From an uncultured bacterium (GTDB lineage: Bacteria; Patescibacteriota; Patescibacteriia; Patescibacteriales; UBA12465): a DNA stretch of 64,000 nucleotides. The notes beneath the pieces were generated by a model that worked only from the letters and a program-made list of their open reading frames with translations, did not search any database and was not told the DNA's origin. Below, piece by piece: positions 63,267 to 64,000 of this stretch. Location: positions 345,159-409,158 of the forward strand of contig OW818634.1 of assembly GCA_942492765.1 (NCBI GenBank), in the 5' to 3' direction. A program made the translations under genes and the position numbers. Within the stretch, counting starts at the first letter, position 1, and the number at the start of each line of letters is the position of its first letter.

Positions 63267-63785
63267 ATGCCTGAAAATAACTCGCAATACCTTCGCTGGC
63301 AAGTGCCCGAATACCGCGTTCCGAAACGCGACCGGAAATGGTATCTAATGGCCGGAATCGTGGCTTTTATCATGATTTTCTTCTGTTTTTTTGCGATTCG
63401 CGGCTGGAAGCTAGTCTTTCTCGGCACTAGCTCTAATTTCCTCTTTGCCCTCTTTCTGATCATCGCTATCATCATCATGATAATCAACGAGAGCCGGCCA
63501 CCCCTGATGGTCGACGTAGAACTGGGTCCGGAAGGCGTCAAGATCGGCTCGAGCTTCTACGACTACGATATGATCAAGAGTTTCGTCGTTCTCTATAAGC
63601 CCAAGCAGAGCCTGAAAAGCGTCTATTTCGAGTTCAAAGGCTCAATTAGGCCTCGCCTGGGCCTACCCCTGCGTCGTTTAGATGCCCTGGCTGTCAGGAA
63701 CTTCCTAGTCCGCTATCTGGATGAGAATCTGGAAAGGACGGAGATGCCGTTATCGGAGAGGTTGACTAAACTACTGAAACTATAA
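63267..63785 (+). CDS. hypothetical 2-TM membrane protein
   Basis: The ORF is trimmed to MPENNSQY. Two TM segments are followed by a soluble C-terminal domain. Confidence 0.5.
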   Translation: MPENNSQYLRWQVPEYRVPKRDRKWYLMAGIVAFIMIFFCFFAIRGWKLVFLGTSSNFLFALFLIIAIIIMIINESRPPLMVDVELGPEGVKIGSSFYDYDMIKSFVVLYKPKQSLKSVYFEFKGSIRPRLGLPLRRLDALAVRNFLVRYLDENLERTEMPLSERLTKLLKL

Positions 63786-63829
63786 TAATATAAGGGTTGT
63801 CAGTTGTTGGCGTCAATGCCGATAAATAA

Positions 63830-63901
63830 GCTTTCATCGTTCAACGGATAGGACGCAAGATTGCGGATCTTGAAATCCAGGTTCGATTCCTGGTGGAAGC
63901 A
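63830..63901 (+). tRNA. tRNA-Arg (anticodon GCG)
   Basis: The acceptor is GCTTTCA/TGGAAGC, the D stem GTTC/GGAC, the anticodon arm CAAGA-TTGCGGA-TCTTG, and the T arm CCAGG-TTCGATT-CCTGG. Discriminator A is present. Confidence 0.85.
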
Positions 63902-63911
63902 CATTTAGCTT

Positions 63912-64000
63912 ATGATAAGCCTCGATTCTAACATAACCGAACTTAACCGCGTCGGCAAAACTACCTCTAAACTACTAAAAAAGCTGGGTCTGGAAACTGT
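63912..64000 (+). CDS. 5' end of a CDS leaving the window; N-terminus resembles RecG helicase
   Basis: MISLDSNITELNRVGKTTSKLLKKLGLETV resembles the usual RecG start (L..L.GVG......L..LGI.T). Confidence 0.35.
   Translation, partial: MISLDSNITELNRVGKTTSKLLKKLGLET

Overview
This 64-kb window is gene-dense bacterial chromosome read under the standard genetic code. The gene content suggests a small-genome monoderm: sortase with an LPXTG substrate, a FemAB-like enzyme, gatCA, few Shine-Dalgarno sites, and many secreted or membrane-anchored orphan proteins. I infer a CPR/Patescibacteria-like organism, but taxonomy cannot be proven from this window.

Recognisable genes:
- Housekeeping: gatC-gatA, ligA, ybeY, comF, and thrS. 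thrS is split by an apparent 1-nt frameshift and preceded by a T-box-like leader.
- Envelope and transport: a GT4 glycosyltransferase, DedA, a MATE exporter, PadR-PspC, and an MFS transporter.
- Sensing and immunity: a histidine kinase with two solute-binding proteins, and an SdpR/SdpI-like pair with a C39-like peptidase.
- RNA genes: four tRNAs, namely Ser-TGA, Ser-GGA, Ser-GCT and Arg-GCG.

The dominant feature is a roughly 24-kb block entirely on the minus strand (27.4-51.4 kb).
- It encodes a complete type IV pilus machine: pilM, N-like and O-like genes, pilB, pilC, a major pilin, and four minor prepilins.
- Directly downstream lies a family of very large secreted proteins that look like phage tail fibres or trimeric adhesins.
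- These proteins are built from a shared ~50-aa module present eight times across three adjacent genes. One 68-nt tract is identical between two of the genes.
- They also carry Cys-rich N-terminal and C-terminal domains, and one has a peptidase-S74 autochaperone domain. No other phage genes are present.

Other points worth a second look:
- A ~3-kb AT-rich element has a large serine recombinase whose ORF runs antisense into tRNA-Ser(GGA).
- A duplication scar sits at the tRNA-Ser(TGA) 3' end.
- A two-gene cassette is bracketed by a repeated 24-nt hairpin.
- A TGnTATAAT extended -10 box recurs in front of most transcription units, several of them apparently leaderless.
- There are two single-nucleotide frameshift candidates.

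No rRNA, CRISPR array, reverse transcriptase or transposase was seen. All function calls rest on motif recognition by eye, and no database search was run.
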